This document shows, piece after piece, positions 20,761 through 29,339 of a DNA stretch of 64,000 bases; within the stretch, counting starts at the first letter, position 1, and every line of letters begins with the position of its first letter. The notes beneath the pieces were generated by a model, which was not told where the DNA came from, did not search any database, and worked only from the letters and a program-made list of their open reading frames with translations. Source of the stretch: a virus; IMG/VR virus record IMGVR_UViG_3300020156_000448, positions 61,054 through 125,053 of that record; one strand, given 5' to 3'. A program made the position numbers and the translations under genes.

Positions 20761-21714
20761 TTATCCATCTACTATCTTGTCTAGATTCTTCTTAATGATA
20801 TTTTCCAAGAAATCCTGCTTCTGATCATCGGTCCATTTGGTTCTTGCTCTCACCAAAAATTCCACAGCCTCTTCTCCTACGATAAACAAAAGCACGTAAA
20901 TATGAAAAGCCAAATAACTAGAATTCTGCTCGTCTTTAGTGATGTCATATTCTAGAAAATTTGATTCGATTCTAGCTAACTTCTTGTAAATTGAATTAAG
21001 ATCAATATTGTTGCTCTCAACAGCTAGATTTTTACACTGTTTATAAATAAGGTTCTTAATATCAAAATCTTGCGCTAAACGTGCATTAATTTTTTCAGGG
21101 TTAAAATCTGTACCGAACAGTTCATCAATATAAGCGTTCTGCTTTTCCTGATCGACAGCATCTTTCTCAACTTCAATTTCACGCATAATTGGTGTTCCGT
21201 CAATGCCTTTAAGACCTGTCTCAACCTTTTCTTTCACCACTTGTTTAGAAATAAAACGCTCTGCGGTTACTTCTGCAACCCACGTCTTAGCACGATCTAT
21301 CCATTCATCATCAGGAATCATGCCGTAAGTACGGCAATTTGTCCATCTGTGACTATAGATGCTGCATGCATTAGTTTCCTGATCTAAAAGGACGCATGGC
21401 TTGGAATGATTATTATTTAGCACAGCTTCGTAGCACTTAAAAATCATTTCTTTTACGCGATCCTTCTTCCACGTTTGAAGGATGTGCTGATATGCATGAA
21501 TAAATTCTACGAAGTATAGCGGGGGCGATGCCTTACGACAGCATTCAGCCACGACTTCATGACCGACACCACCTTTAATGGGACACCCAAGACACTTACT
21601 AAGAGGCACCTTTTCGTGTACCTGAGTTTTTAATGCAGCAGAATGAGACATAAGCCTCATTTCTTGCATATTTACTTTATTGATATCAAACAAGTCTTTA
21701 ATTCCTTTGCGCAT
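20761..21714 (-). CDS. YkgJ-family (CxxCxxCC) cysteine-cluster protein
   Basis: CLGC...ECCRK and PCVLLD...CSIYSHRWTNCRTYG. Confidence 0.75.
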   Translation of the reverse strand: MRKGIKDLFDINKVNMQEMRLMSHSAALKTQVHEKVPLSKCLGCPIKGGVGHEVVAECCRKASPPLYFVEFIHAYQHILQTWKKDRVKEMIFKCYEAVLNNNHSKPCVLLDQETNACSIYSHRWTNCRTYGMIPDDEWIDRAKTWVAEVTAERFISKQVVKEKVETGLKGIDGTPIMREIEVEKDAVDQEKQNAYIDELFGTDFNPEKINARLAQDFDIKNLIYKQCKNLAVESNNIDLNSIYKKLARIESNFLEYDITKDEQNSSYLAFHIYVLLFIVGEEAVEFLVRARTKWTDDQKQDFLENIIKKNLDKIVDG

Positions 21715-21796
21715 TTTTGGTTAATAAAGCTATATGTAATATATGCGTCTATACTTCTTATAGTAGCATAGTAGCATTTTTATGCTAATAAAAATT

Positions 21797-21832
21797 AAAA
21801 AAAACCAAGAGTATATATTATACCCTTGGTTT
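21797..21832 (-). terminator. Intrinsic terminator-like hairpin
   Basis: AAACCAAGAGTATA/TATACCCTTGGTTT inverted repeat with a T-run on the minus strand. Confidence 0.6.
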
Positions 21833-21853
21833 CAATCTAATAACTAAGTGTTA

Positions 21854-22096
21854 TTAATAGTTTCTGTTGCTAGAACGATCAGCACGAAACTTAGGCACAA
21901 ATGAGATTTTATCTCTATTGAACCCAATAACAGGAATGCCGTTAAGACGACACATATTAATCGTTTCCTTGCCAAGAGGAGTTTCTACAGGCTTTGGGCG
22001 TAGACGATCCTTTAGACGATCTAGACGATCCTTCTTAGGTCTCTTTTTAGGAACCGACTTTTCACGTTCATTCCAGTTTAAATTATCCTTACTCAT
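21854..22096 (-). CDS. Small, very basic hypothetical protein
   Basis: 80 aa, K/R-rich; GGAG Shine-Dalgarno. Confidence 0.6.
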   Translation of the reverse strand: MSKDNLNWNEREKSVPKKRPKKDRLDRLKDRLRPKPVETPLGKETINMCRLNGIPVIGFNRDKISFVPKFRADRSSNRNY

Positions 22097-22140
22097 ATAA
22101 GAACTTTCTCCATTATGGATGTAATACTATTATTATACGC

Positions 22141-22178
22141 AAAAATAGACACCCAAATATAAGGTGTCTATTTTCTTT
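22141..22178. terminator. Bidirectional terminator-like hairpin
   Basis: AAAATAGACACC/GGTGTCTATTTT. Confidence 0.65.
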
Positions 22179-22192
22179 TAAATTTATTAATT

Positions 22193-22834
22193 TTATTCAT
22201 CAAGTGGAAGAATTCTCACTTGTGAACCCCTAATTGATTGCTTAAGCAATTTTATCTCACGACGCTGATACATAAACGCAATTAAACCAAAAGCTGCCAA
22301 AATGACGACAACGTATCCTATAGGATTATTATAGCTTGTAACTTGCTTAGAATTATTATCTCTGCCAGCGTTACTTTCCATTTTTGTTTCAATATTTCTT
22401 TGGAGCGCCGAAAAATTATTCTCCATTGTACTTACGACATTAGCGGTATTGTTGATTGCAACTGTTAATGTGGTTAAAACTTCAGCTTGGGCTGTGGCAG
22501 TTGCGTTTAAATGTTTTATGGCATTTGCTTGCACGTCCATATTTGCTTGCACATTAGCTTCCATTCCTGTTAATCTGCCATTGATTCCGATCAATCCGTT
22601 TTGCTGCGCCTGAAAAGCCTCTTGCGTGTTCTTTAAAGCCTTTTTAATGCTTCCAATGTCTTCACTATAGTCAGTGGTATCAATTCCGTTTGTTGGGGCT
22701 TCTGTGAAGATTGGCGGGGTGGGCTGAAAATTGTTTGTCTGCTCTTTGGGAGCCATAGTAGCGCAAGCGGTCATACTAAGAAGACCTAGTATGACCGCTG
22801 CATTTTTAACTATTTGTTTAATGTTGATTCTCAT
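22193..22834 (-). CDS. Lipoprotein with a coiled-coil and a C-terminal transmembrane helix (u-spanin-like topology)
   Basis: Signal peptide ending LLSMTA-C, heptad-like core, then IGYVVVILAAFGLIAFMY and a basic tail. Confidence 0.65.
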   Translation of the reverse strand: MRINIKQIVKNAAVILGLLSMTACATMAPKEQTNNFQPTPPIFTEAPTNGIDTTDYSEDIGSIKKALKNTQEAFQAQQNGLIGINGRLTGMEANVQANMDVQANAIKHLNATATAQAEVLTTLTVAINNTANVVSTMENNFSALQRNIETKMESNAGRDNNSKQVTSYNNPIGYVVVILAAFGLIAFMYQRREIKLLKQSIRGSQVRILPLDE

Positions 22835-22839
22835 GGTTG

Positions 22840-23112
22840 TTAGCGGATGATAAAATCCGCCTGCTTTCCACCAGGAATATTTACAACAGAGCCTTCGATC
22901 TGAGGCATAGGTGCACCATCTTTAGCAATAACAACAGCGCGAAAATGCTGTGTGTCAGTTGTTGCTGTATCTACTTTTGATAGAGTTGTTGCATACTTTT
23001 CGGTTTCATAGCTTACAGAATTGTAGCCAAATTTTGCTCCCTTTGCATACTGGCAACCTGCAACAGCCAAAACAGTAATAGCAAGAGTAATTGCGCAAAA
23101 AATCTTTTTCAT
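22840..23112 (-). CDS. Small lipoprotein (start re-assigned to ATG 23112)
   Basis: MKKIFCAITLAITVLAVAG-C lipobox; AAGGAG Shine-Dalgarno upstream of 23112. Confidence 0.75.
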   Translation of the reverse strand: MKKIFCAITLAITVLAVAGCQYAKGAKFGYNSVSYETEKYATTLSKVDTATTDTQHFRAVVIAKDGAPMPQIEGSVVNIPGGKQADFIIR

Positions 23113-23122
23113 ATAATTCTCC

Positions 23123-23521
23123 TTAATATGTTTTTGGTTCGGGGTTAGGTGTAGGTGTAGGAGTGGGAATTGGAGCAGGGGTTGGAATAGGCTCTGCAAC
23201 AGGAACGGGCTTCTGGGATTGAGTCTGAAATACAGCATCTCCAGTATTATTAACCACTTTGCCTAGACCGTCTCCAATAGAATCAGCACCAGCCACCACA
23301 GCAGGTGCCCACATGTTGCCTGTGACTATACCAGCGGAAGTTGATCCAATAACTTTTATCGACCTTATATCAGGCTTACTAACGTTAGAAATTTCAACAC
23401 CATCTTGCTTTAAAGTACTAGTATTCTCTACAAGAAAATATACACCGCCACCTTTCGATGTTTGAAAGGCACATCCTGTAAACAATACACTTATCAAAAT
23501 AAGCGCTGAGAATTTTTTCAT
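23123..23521 (-). CDS. Lipoprotein with a Pro/Thr-rich C-terminal tail
   Basis: MKKFSALILISVLFTG-C lipobox; PIPTPAPIPTPTPTPNP tail. Confidence 0.75.
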   Translation of the reverse strand: MKKFSALILISVLFTGCAFQTSKGGGVYFLVENTSTLKQDGVEISNVSKPDIRSIKVIGSTSAGIVTGNMWAPAVVAGADSIGDGLGKVVNNTGDAVFQTQSQKPVPVAEPIPTPAPIPTPTPTPNPEPKTY

Positions 23522-23748
23522 TAGTCCCCTCGTTCACGATAGATTGAATCAACTACATCTTGGTAAGTTTTATCCTCATAGCGACGAGCACGCTTTTCTT
23601 CTTCCAATGCTCGCTCTGCTATAGTTTTTCTTACCGATTCACCACGACAGCTTGTGCAAGTCTGGATTTTCTTTCCTTGAGAATTCATACCGCTAACCTC
23701 ATGGAGAGTAATTGTGTTGCACTTGGAACAGCTTGTATAATGTGTCAT
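23521..23748 (-). CDS. Small zinc-ribbon protein
   Basis: CSKC...H...CTSC. Confidence 0.65.
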   Translation of the reverse strand: MTHYTSCSKCNTITLHEVSGMNSQGKKIQTCTSCRGESVRKTIAERALEEEKRARRYEDKTYQDVVDSIYRERGD

Positions 23749-23807
23749 TTTTTCACCGCCTTTTCATAATCATAAATATTGTCTTCTTTATAGCGTTAAT
23801 TTTTCCT

Positions 23808-24044
23808 CTACAAAGAGTACCAATATCTTTGATCTTTTGTTGTTATTTTAACTGAGCATTTTTGTTTATGACTGTTGCATAAATAAACTTCCGCCTTAAG
23901 AACATCTTTAATTAAAGGCAAGCTAGAACTACAGCCTGCGGATATGATTCCAGAGAATAACTGCTCTAAATTAGAGACAGGTAATGCTCTAAGCATCTGT
24001 TCGCCGCATTCTAGGCAGGAAGGATTTGCAGTATAATTTTTCAT
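23808..24044 (-). CDS. Small hypothetical Cys-containing protein
   Basis: CLEC...CNSH; start abuts the upstream stop. Confidence 0.5.
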   Translation of the reverse strand: MKNYTANPSCLECGEQMLRALPVSNLEQLFSGIISAGCSSSLPLIKDVLKAEVYLCNSHKQKCSVKITTKDQRYWYSL

Positions 24045-24460
24045 TAGAATCTTCTATGCTTGTGCTTTTGACTATAAAGAATATTATTCCAATGATCTAC
24101 CATTGTTTCGACGAAACATAAATTTCTAATATAATCTAAAGGGGTATATCCAGCGTAAATCATGTTTTCTATATGACTATCATCAAAAAACTTACCTGCG
24201 CCTTTGCGATCAAGTGACCTCATTCCAGTATCTATAACTTCTCCAACGGTTGCCTCTCCTGTTTTTATCGCCAAAACTTTTTCACGAAGCTTCCAATTGA
24301 GGAGATAGTCATAATTATTGAATGTAAGATGACAATCTGGACATACATAAGTAACGGTTGTGTACTCTTCATCTACATTATGTGATTCTATATTAAAACT
24401 AAAACATTTAGGACACATTAAAACACTTGGCTTGTTATTAATCTTCTTCATTATATTCAA
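24044..24460 (-). CDS. Zinc-ribbon hypothetical protein
   Basis: CPKC...CPDC. Confidence 0.65.
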   Translation of the reverse strand: MNIMKKINNKPSVLMCPKCFSFNIESHNVDEEYTTVTYVCPDCHLTFNNYDYLLNWKLREKVLAIKTGEATVGEVIDTGMRSLDRKGAGKFFDDSHIENMIYAGYTPLDYIRNLCFVETMVDHWNNILYSQKHKHRRF

Positions 24461-24848
24461 TCCTTATAATTGTATCGTAAATTACTTTTAGTAATCTTTC
24501 TAGTTTCACTCTGCTTCTTAGGTTTCTTCCAGTGGCTCTGAATCTCGCTGCGTCTTGCGCACCAATGCCAGGAAAGTCGGCTGAAGATATAATTCCCATA
24601 TCACTTAAATTGATATGCAAAAATGTAGGACCATCTGGATCAAGCAAATAACTGGCTGGATTTTCTTCCGTTTCAGGGGTATAGCCAAAATGAATTGGAG
24701 ATGTAAACGCATCAATCAAGTCAAATCTTCTGTTCCGAAGAGCTTCTTCAATTGTATATTCTTGATCAGCCACAATTAGCTTGGTGTTTTCTCCATGCAA
24801 GTTGTTTATATATGCTAATGCTCTGGAAATTATAACTGCTTCATCCAT
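24438..24848 (-). CDS. Hypothetical protein
   Basis: 136-aa ORF overlapping both neighbours. Confidence 0.6.
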   Translation of the reverse strand: MDEAVIISRALAYINNLHGENTKLIVADQEYTIEEALRNRRFDLIDAFTSPIHFGYTPETEENPASYLLDPDGPTFLHINLSDMGIISSADFPGIGAQDAARFRATGRNLRSRVKLERLLKVIYDTIIRIEYNEED

Positions 24849-25087
24849 TAGAGTTTCCTCATTTTAGGAAGTGTATTAAACTTCTTTATATTATCTGCAT
24901 CAATCCAATCCATTCGGTTCAACTGTTTACACTCAGGACAAGCATAAGTGATTGACCCTTCTTTAAAGGAAAGTCTTACTGGCACTATGTTGGTGTTATT
25001 TTCATCGCCAACAAGACCTGTATCCATTGTGGAAAAGCTATGATTACATTCGGCGCACTCAAATACGAAAGCAGCTATATATGCCAT
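24848..25087 (-). CDS. Small zinc-ribbon protein
   Basis: CAEC...CPEC; AGGAG Shine-Dalgarno. Confidence 0.65.
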   Translation of the reverse strand: MAYIAAFVFECAECNHSFSTMDTGLVGDENNTNIVPVRLSFKEGSITYACPECKQLNRMDWIDADNIKKFNTLPKMRKL

Positions 25088-25090
25088 AAA

Positions 25091-25600
25091 TTAACTCCTA
25101 AAGTCTCTTGATGGTCTTAGTCCGAAATTACGCGCCTTACTTTGATCACTGGCGCTCATTCCATCCCACTGTGCGTTAGGAACAACAGTTCCTCCTCGTG
25201 ACTGGACGCCAACTTGATCAGCAGCTTCTTTAGTGCTGAGACCCATGCTACGCCTCTTGGCTCGGTCTTCACGCATCTTTTCCATCATCTTCTTATGCTT
25301 GCCCTGATACTTCATTCCTTTATTATCTTTGGTAAACCATCCCTGACCTTTAAAGATAATCTGTGGAGCATAAATAACCCTTTCTATTTCGCCGCAATCA
25401 TCCTTCAGACAATCTTCAGAAAAAGACTGTGCACCGTCTTCAAATAACAGATGTTCTCCACCAGCTATTTGTAAATCGGAAGCATCTTCATTGGCTAAAT
25501 GATATTCAATTAACTCTTTCATTTCATTAAACTTAACAGCCATGGGATGATCTATCTGATAGATATTACCATGCTTTTTGCAGCAGTATGCATATTTCAT
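25091..25600 (-). CDS. FmdB-family zinc-ribbon regulatory protein with an insertion
   Basis: YAYCCKKHG...HPM...CLKDDCG..ERVIYAPQIIFKGQGWFTKD matches the FmdB pattern (FKGSGWY.TD). Confidence 0.65.
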   Translation of the reverse strand: MKYAYCCKKHGNIYQIDHPMAVKFNEMKELIEYHLANEDASDLQIAGGEHLLFEDGAQSFSEDCLKDDCGEIERVIYAPQIIFKGQGWFTKDNKGMKYQGKHKKMMEKMREDRAKRRSMGLSTKEAADQVGVQSRGGTVVPNAQWDGMSASDQSKARNFGLRPSRDFRS

Positions 25601-25998
25601 TTGTTTTCTTCTCCTAATATGAATCCTGTAGAGAAAGGGCGTCTAGGTTGATATTGACCACACCACTTTACCTCTGTGCCAATCACTACATTTGTATCTA
25701 GAAACTTTAATATTACATCATCTAGGGCATCCAGTATTGGACAATCATCCTTATGTATGCATTCGTGCTGAGTACCTACGCCACAATGAGAAGTAACAAT
25801 CACTGCCGAGGGCTGAGAGTTATCATGACGCATATGTGCTTCAGTAGCATCAGGCATTGTTTCTGTCTTGATAACAATCTCTTTCTCAGGAGCCACAGTT
25901 GGCTCTAAAGCAGGAGGAAGTGGAACAGATTCTTCAATTAATGAAGAATCATTTTCCGAATAAACTTTTATTGGCTTATAATTATTGCGCTTCGCCAT
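25597..25998 (-). CDS. Hypothetical protein
   Basis: 133-aa ORF; CIHKDDC...WC. Confidence 0.6.
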   Translation of the reverse strand: MAKRNNYKPIKVYSENDSSLIEESVPLPPALEPTVAPEKEIVIKTETMPDATEAHMRHDNSQPSAVIVTSHCGVGTQHECIHKDDCPILDALDDVILKFLDTNVVIGTEVKWCGQYQPRRPFSTGFILGEENK

Positions 25999-26683
25999 TT
26001 TCTACACTTCCCGCTTTGATGTTTCTTATTTCATCTCTGATCTGAGCAGCCAACTTATAATCTTTGTGGTAAATAGCTTCTTTTTTATCTTTTTCCAGCT
26101 TTGTCAAAATATCTTCTGTTGTCAATCCAGAAGACGCCTTTGCCCTTTGGTCGGAAATATTCTTCCTCTTCTCTTGAAGAATATTTATATACTGTGAAAT
26201 CTCATCTCTAAATTCATAAAAGCAAAATGCGCAACCTTGCATATCTTGTCTTAGAAATCTATCTAGTAAGATTCCACAACACCGACATCTTCCAGAGAGG
26301 ACGTGAACCGAAAAAACATGCTCTGGATCAATTAGGATATCCATTTCCGAATCAAGCCCAGTATCATTGATTGAACTACGAACAAAAGATGGAAGCTGAT
26401 CATATAAAAAGCTGTCCCTACGTGGAGATAGAGAAGTGATATTATCTACTTTGTTTCTGGTGACATACTCAATATCATCATATGATACTGAATTCTTTTC
26501 CATAACATCCCTTAACCAGTCCACCAATTCTCTGGAATCGGCTTTAAAGCCTTCTCTCATACTACCAAAACAAGCCTTACATAATGGAACAAAAGATATA
26601 CGGCAGTCATCTTTAGCTGCATAGCTAATTTCTGCCGTTTTCTTATTGCATTTTGCACACATTGGTCGCTGCTTCTTATCCAT
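25982..26683 (-). CDS. mcsA: McsA-like ClpC adaptor (CxxC clusters plus UVR domain)
   Basis: CAKC, LCKAC, CRCCG, GCAFC, and a C-terminal UVR motif LEKDKKEAIYHKDYKLAAQIRDEIRNI. Confidence 0.8.
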   Translation of the reverse strand: MDKKQRPMCAKCNKKTAEISYAAKDDCRISFVPLCKACFGSMREGFKADSRELVDWLRDVMEKNSVSYDDIEYVTRNKVDNITSLSPRRDSFLYDQLPSFVRSSINDTGLDSEMDILIDPEHVFSVHVLSGRCRCCGILLDRFLRQDMQGCAFCFYEFRDEISQYINILQEKRKNISDQRAKASSGLTTEDILTKLEKDKKEAIYHKDYKLAAQIRDEIRNIKAGSVENGEAQ

Positions 26684-26696
26684 TAACTAATCTCCA

Positions 26697-28793
26697 TTAT
26701 TTGTTTAAACTATTATACAGCTTTTCTGCTCTTTTTAAACCCAGAATACTGATAACTTTCTCTTTATTGTTTAATATATCTTGTTTATTACATATGCCTT
26801 CAGCATACAATCTTTCTGCGAACACTCTTCCAATTTCAGGCAAACTAACCAATGGGACATATTTTCTTTGAACGCCATATTGTAGTCTTAGGCGTAGAAC
26901 ATCCCACTCCATAGGGTCGTACTTCCAGCCAACCACTTGGCTAGATTTTGCTGCCATTGGTCTGCCGTACTTAATATGCATCAATTTCAACGTAGCAAAT
27001 ACACGCTCTAAATCAGATAATAACGCGAAGTGCAAGCTACGCAAACAATCGTCTGGATCAATGCCTTTCAGCATATACCAATAAACAGCAGCTACCTTAG
27101 TTTGCGGACCCATAAATCCAAGCCTTTTGGCAATGTCTGTCACCATAGAAGATTCTTTTTCAGCGTTTGATAAAAAGGCACCCGATTCAGGTTTATAACC
27201 AAAAACGTTTGCTAATGCCCAGCAAACCTTAATGTCATTTTCTTCCATACGATAATGATTATCACCAGTGGCTTTTATCCCAATATTTACTATTTCGGAG
27301 AAATTCGTAAACCAATCTGCCACATCAAGAGGGTCCATATACATTGCGCTTGTGATCGCTCCAAGCTGCGTGGTTTCCCACTTGTTCTCTTCTTCATTAA
27401 AGCGAATCATTCTCTTGTGACGCAAGAAGTTCAGAACCTGTTCGCAAGTCTCTTCTGTCAAAAGGTCATTTTGAACAGCAGCCAGAGAACGTTCATACCA
27501 AGTATAAAGGTCTTCCTTATTGCAAATCTTGCCTGAGTTAATTTCATTAACTACATGAAACATCAGTGTCTTTGGGTCATTGAGCTTTGATCTAATCTCA
27601 AAGCCGCCAGTAATTCTCTTTATCTCGTTAAATGATTTACTTGCAGGAATTAAGATATATGCATCGCCTTCCGTGTGGAACTTAATACGTCCTGCACGTC
27701 CGCATGCCTGTTCTATATCAGCAGTATCCATTTCTTCTAAGCCATATGAGGTATGCGCTAAAATGACTCTTCTAGCGTTTACGTTTACACCCCAAGCCAA
27801 AGTACTTGATGCTACTAATACTTGAATCTTTCCGCTATCAAAGTCATCTTGAATTTCTTTCTTTTTCGCTGGTGTAAGATCGGCGTTATGAAAATCTGAA
27901 GTAAAGCCTCTTCTATTGAGAATTTCTGCAAATTTCTTTCCCCAGTTTTTATTTCCAGCAAACACCAAAAATTGATCATTGGGAAAACGAGACACAATAT
28001 CCAATGCTGCTTGCATCCGCATTACTTCCAAATCCTGATAGCGCTTCTTTTTATTTTCAGCCATGTCATTAAACTCAATAAAATGCTTATTAAGTTTACA
28101 TGGTCTATAATCGGATTTAACGAGCACTGCATTACGGCGCGTCATTCTTTTTAGCCATACAACATAATCATTGGCATTTGGAACCGTCGCGCTCATTAAT
28201 ACAATTCTGCACTTTGGATTGTTTTCATTAAAGCGCATTAAAGCAGTCTCTAAGCGAGGACCGCGACCTTTGGAGCCAATTAGGTGTGATTCATCAACTA
28301 CAAGAACTCCAACGTCATGAAGCCACTTATTACTATGATAATTGCGGGTTTTGCTATCAAGCATTTCAGAAGTACATACAACAATATGAGAATCATGCAG
28401 TTGCGCAGCTTTTTGCGCATTCATCTGATGATCTCCAGTCAGTACCGCAATTTTAAGATTACCAAAAGAATGGCGCTCTTCTGACCAATCATGAAGCTTT
28501 TCTTCAGCCAAAGCCTTCATTGGAGCAAGGTATATGGCTCTCTTCTTATATTCTCCAGAACGTATATTTTGAGCAATAGCTAATTCTGCCACTACAGTCT
28601 TGCCTGCGCAAGTTGGAGCAAGAACAACCACATGATTATCTTCTTTATCTACTTCTGCCGCAAATTTGCTTTGAAATGGATTAAGGTGACTAAAATCATA
28701 CTTAACCAAATGGGATACGCAAGAAGTTCTAACGCATTCCGATTGCGGATTATGTGCTCCTAAAGGCTGTATTTTATCTGTAATAATTTCCAT
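26697..28793 (-). CDS. Ski2/Hel308-like SF2 helicase
   Basis: LNPFQ, APTCAGKT, PMKALAEEK, DESH, MSAT, TLAWGVN, QACGRAGR, RLQYGV and an HhH (LPEIGRVFAERLY). Confidence 0.9.
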   Translation of the reverse strand: MEIITDKIQPLGAHNPQSECVRTSCVSHLVKYDFSHLNPFQSKFAAEVDKEDNHVVVLAPTCAGKTVVAELAIAQNIRSGEYKKRAIYLAPMKALAEEKLHDWSEERHSFGNLKIAVLTGDHQMNAQKAAQLHDSHIVVCTSEMLDSKTRNYHSNKWLHDVGVLVVDESHLIGSKGRGPRLETALMRFNENNPKCRIVLMSATVPNANDYVVWLKRMTRRNAVLVKSDYRPCKLNKHFIEFNDMAENKKKRYQDLEVMRMQAALDIVSRFPNDQFLVFAGNKNWGKKFAEILNRRGFTSDFHNADLTPAKKKEIQDDFDSGKIQVLVASSTLAWGVNVNARRVILAHTSYGLEEMDTADIEQACGRAGRIKFHTEGDAYILIPASKSFNEIKRITGGFEIRSKLNDPKTLMFHVVNEINSGKICNKEDLYTWYERSLAAVQNDLLTEETCEQVLNFLRHKRMIRFNEEENKWETTQLGAITSAMYMDPLDVADWFTNFSEIVNIGIKATGDNHYRMEENDIKVCWALANVFGYKPESGAFLSNAEKESSMVTDIAKRLGFMGPQTKVAAVYWYMLKGIDPDDCLRSLHFALLSDLERVFATLKLMHIKYGRPMAAKSSQVVGWKYDPMEWDVLRLRLQYGVQRKYVPLVSLPEIGRVFAERLYAEGICNKQDILNNKEKVISILGLKRAEKLYNSLNK

Positions 28794-28810
28794 TTATACT
28801 CACATAATAC

Positions 28811-28852
28811 GCTTGAAATTAGAAAGAAAATCATTTCTCTCTAATTTCAAGC
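28811..28852. repeat. Long inverted repeat (hairpin) between the spoVS-like and helicase genes
   Basis: GCTTGAAATTAGAAAGAAA/TTTCTCTCTAATTTCAAGC; 19-bp stem with one mismatch. Confidence 0.75.
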
Positions 28853-28859
28853 ACAAGAT

Positions 28860-29267
28860 TTAAACCTGAATAATTCCCTGGGATTCTAAGTCATCTGTTA
28901 TAACCGAAATAGAATCATCAACAGTAGGATAAATAGAAATAATAATACCAGTTCTTGTAATGCCTGCAATAATGGGTCTTGGCTCCATAAACACAGCATC
29001 AAAATGAACCTTTATACCGTCTTGCTCAAGAATATCAGTAGCGCAGATCAGCCCCTTCATTCCTTGCCAAGTTGGACCATGCAGAACACAATGCAATTCG
29101 CAGTATCCGAATTCTTTTATATTCCCCACGATAGTCTTTGCTAATCTCTTAGGCGGAGTGTCTGCGGCGACCATTAACTTGGGACTGTCGGGTTTGGTTC
29201 TTTTAAAACCTTCCTCATCAAGCTTTATAGTATCCAATTCGATGGTATTTTTCTTTATGTCTTCCAT
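28860..29267 (-). CDS. spoVS: SpoVS-like (Alba-fold) protein
   Basis: LMVAADTPPKRLAKTIVGNIKEFGYCEL...QGMKGL...GIKVHFDAVF...RTGIIISI aligns by eye with SpoVS LKVSAKS.PNSVAGA...NQAVKA...G.DL.C.PAF...RTAIKLIV. Confidence 0.65.
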   Translation of the reverse strand: MEDIKKNTIELDTIKLDEEGFKRTKPDSPKLMVAADTPPKRLAKTIVGNIKEFGYCELHCVLHGPTWQGMKGLICATDILEQDGIKVHFDAVFMEPRPIIAGITRTGIIISIYPTVDDSISVITDDLESQGIIQV

Positions 29268-29339
29268 TTTATATTTACCTTTCTTTAAGGATGTATATAT
29301 GTATATATCATGCTACTAATTTTGGTACAAATTATATGG

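Noticed and set aside
23135-23200. GGTGTA/GGAAT short tandem repeats
   Set aside because: They encode the (PT)n tail of a lipoprotein.
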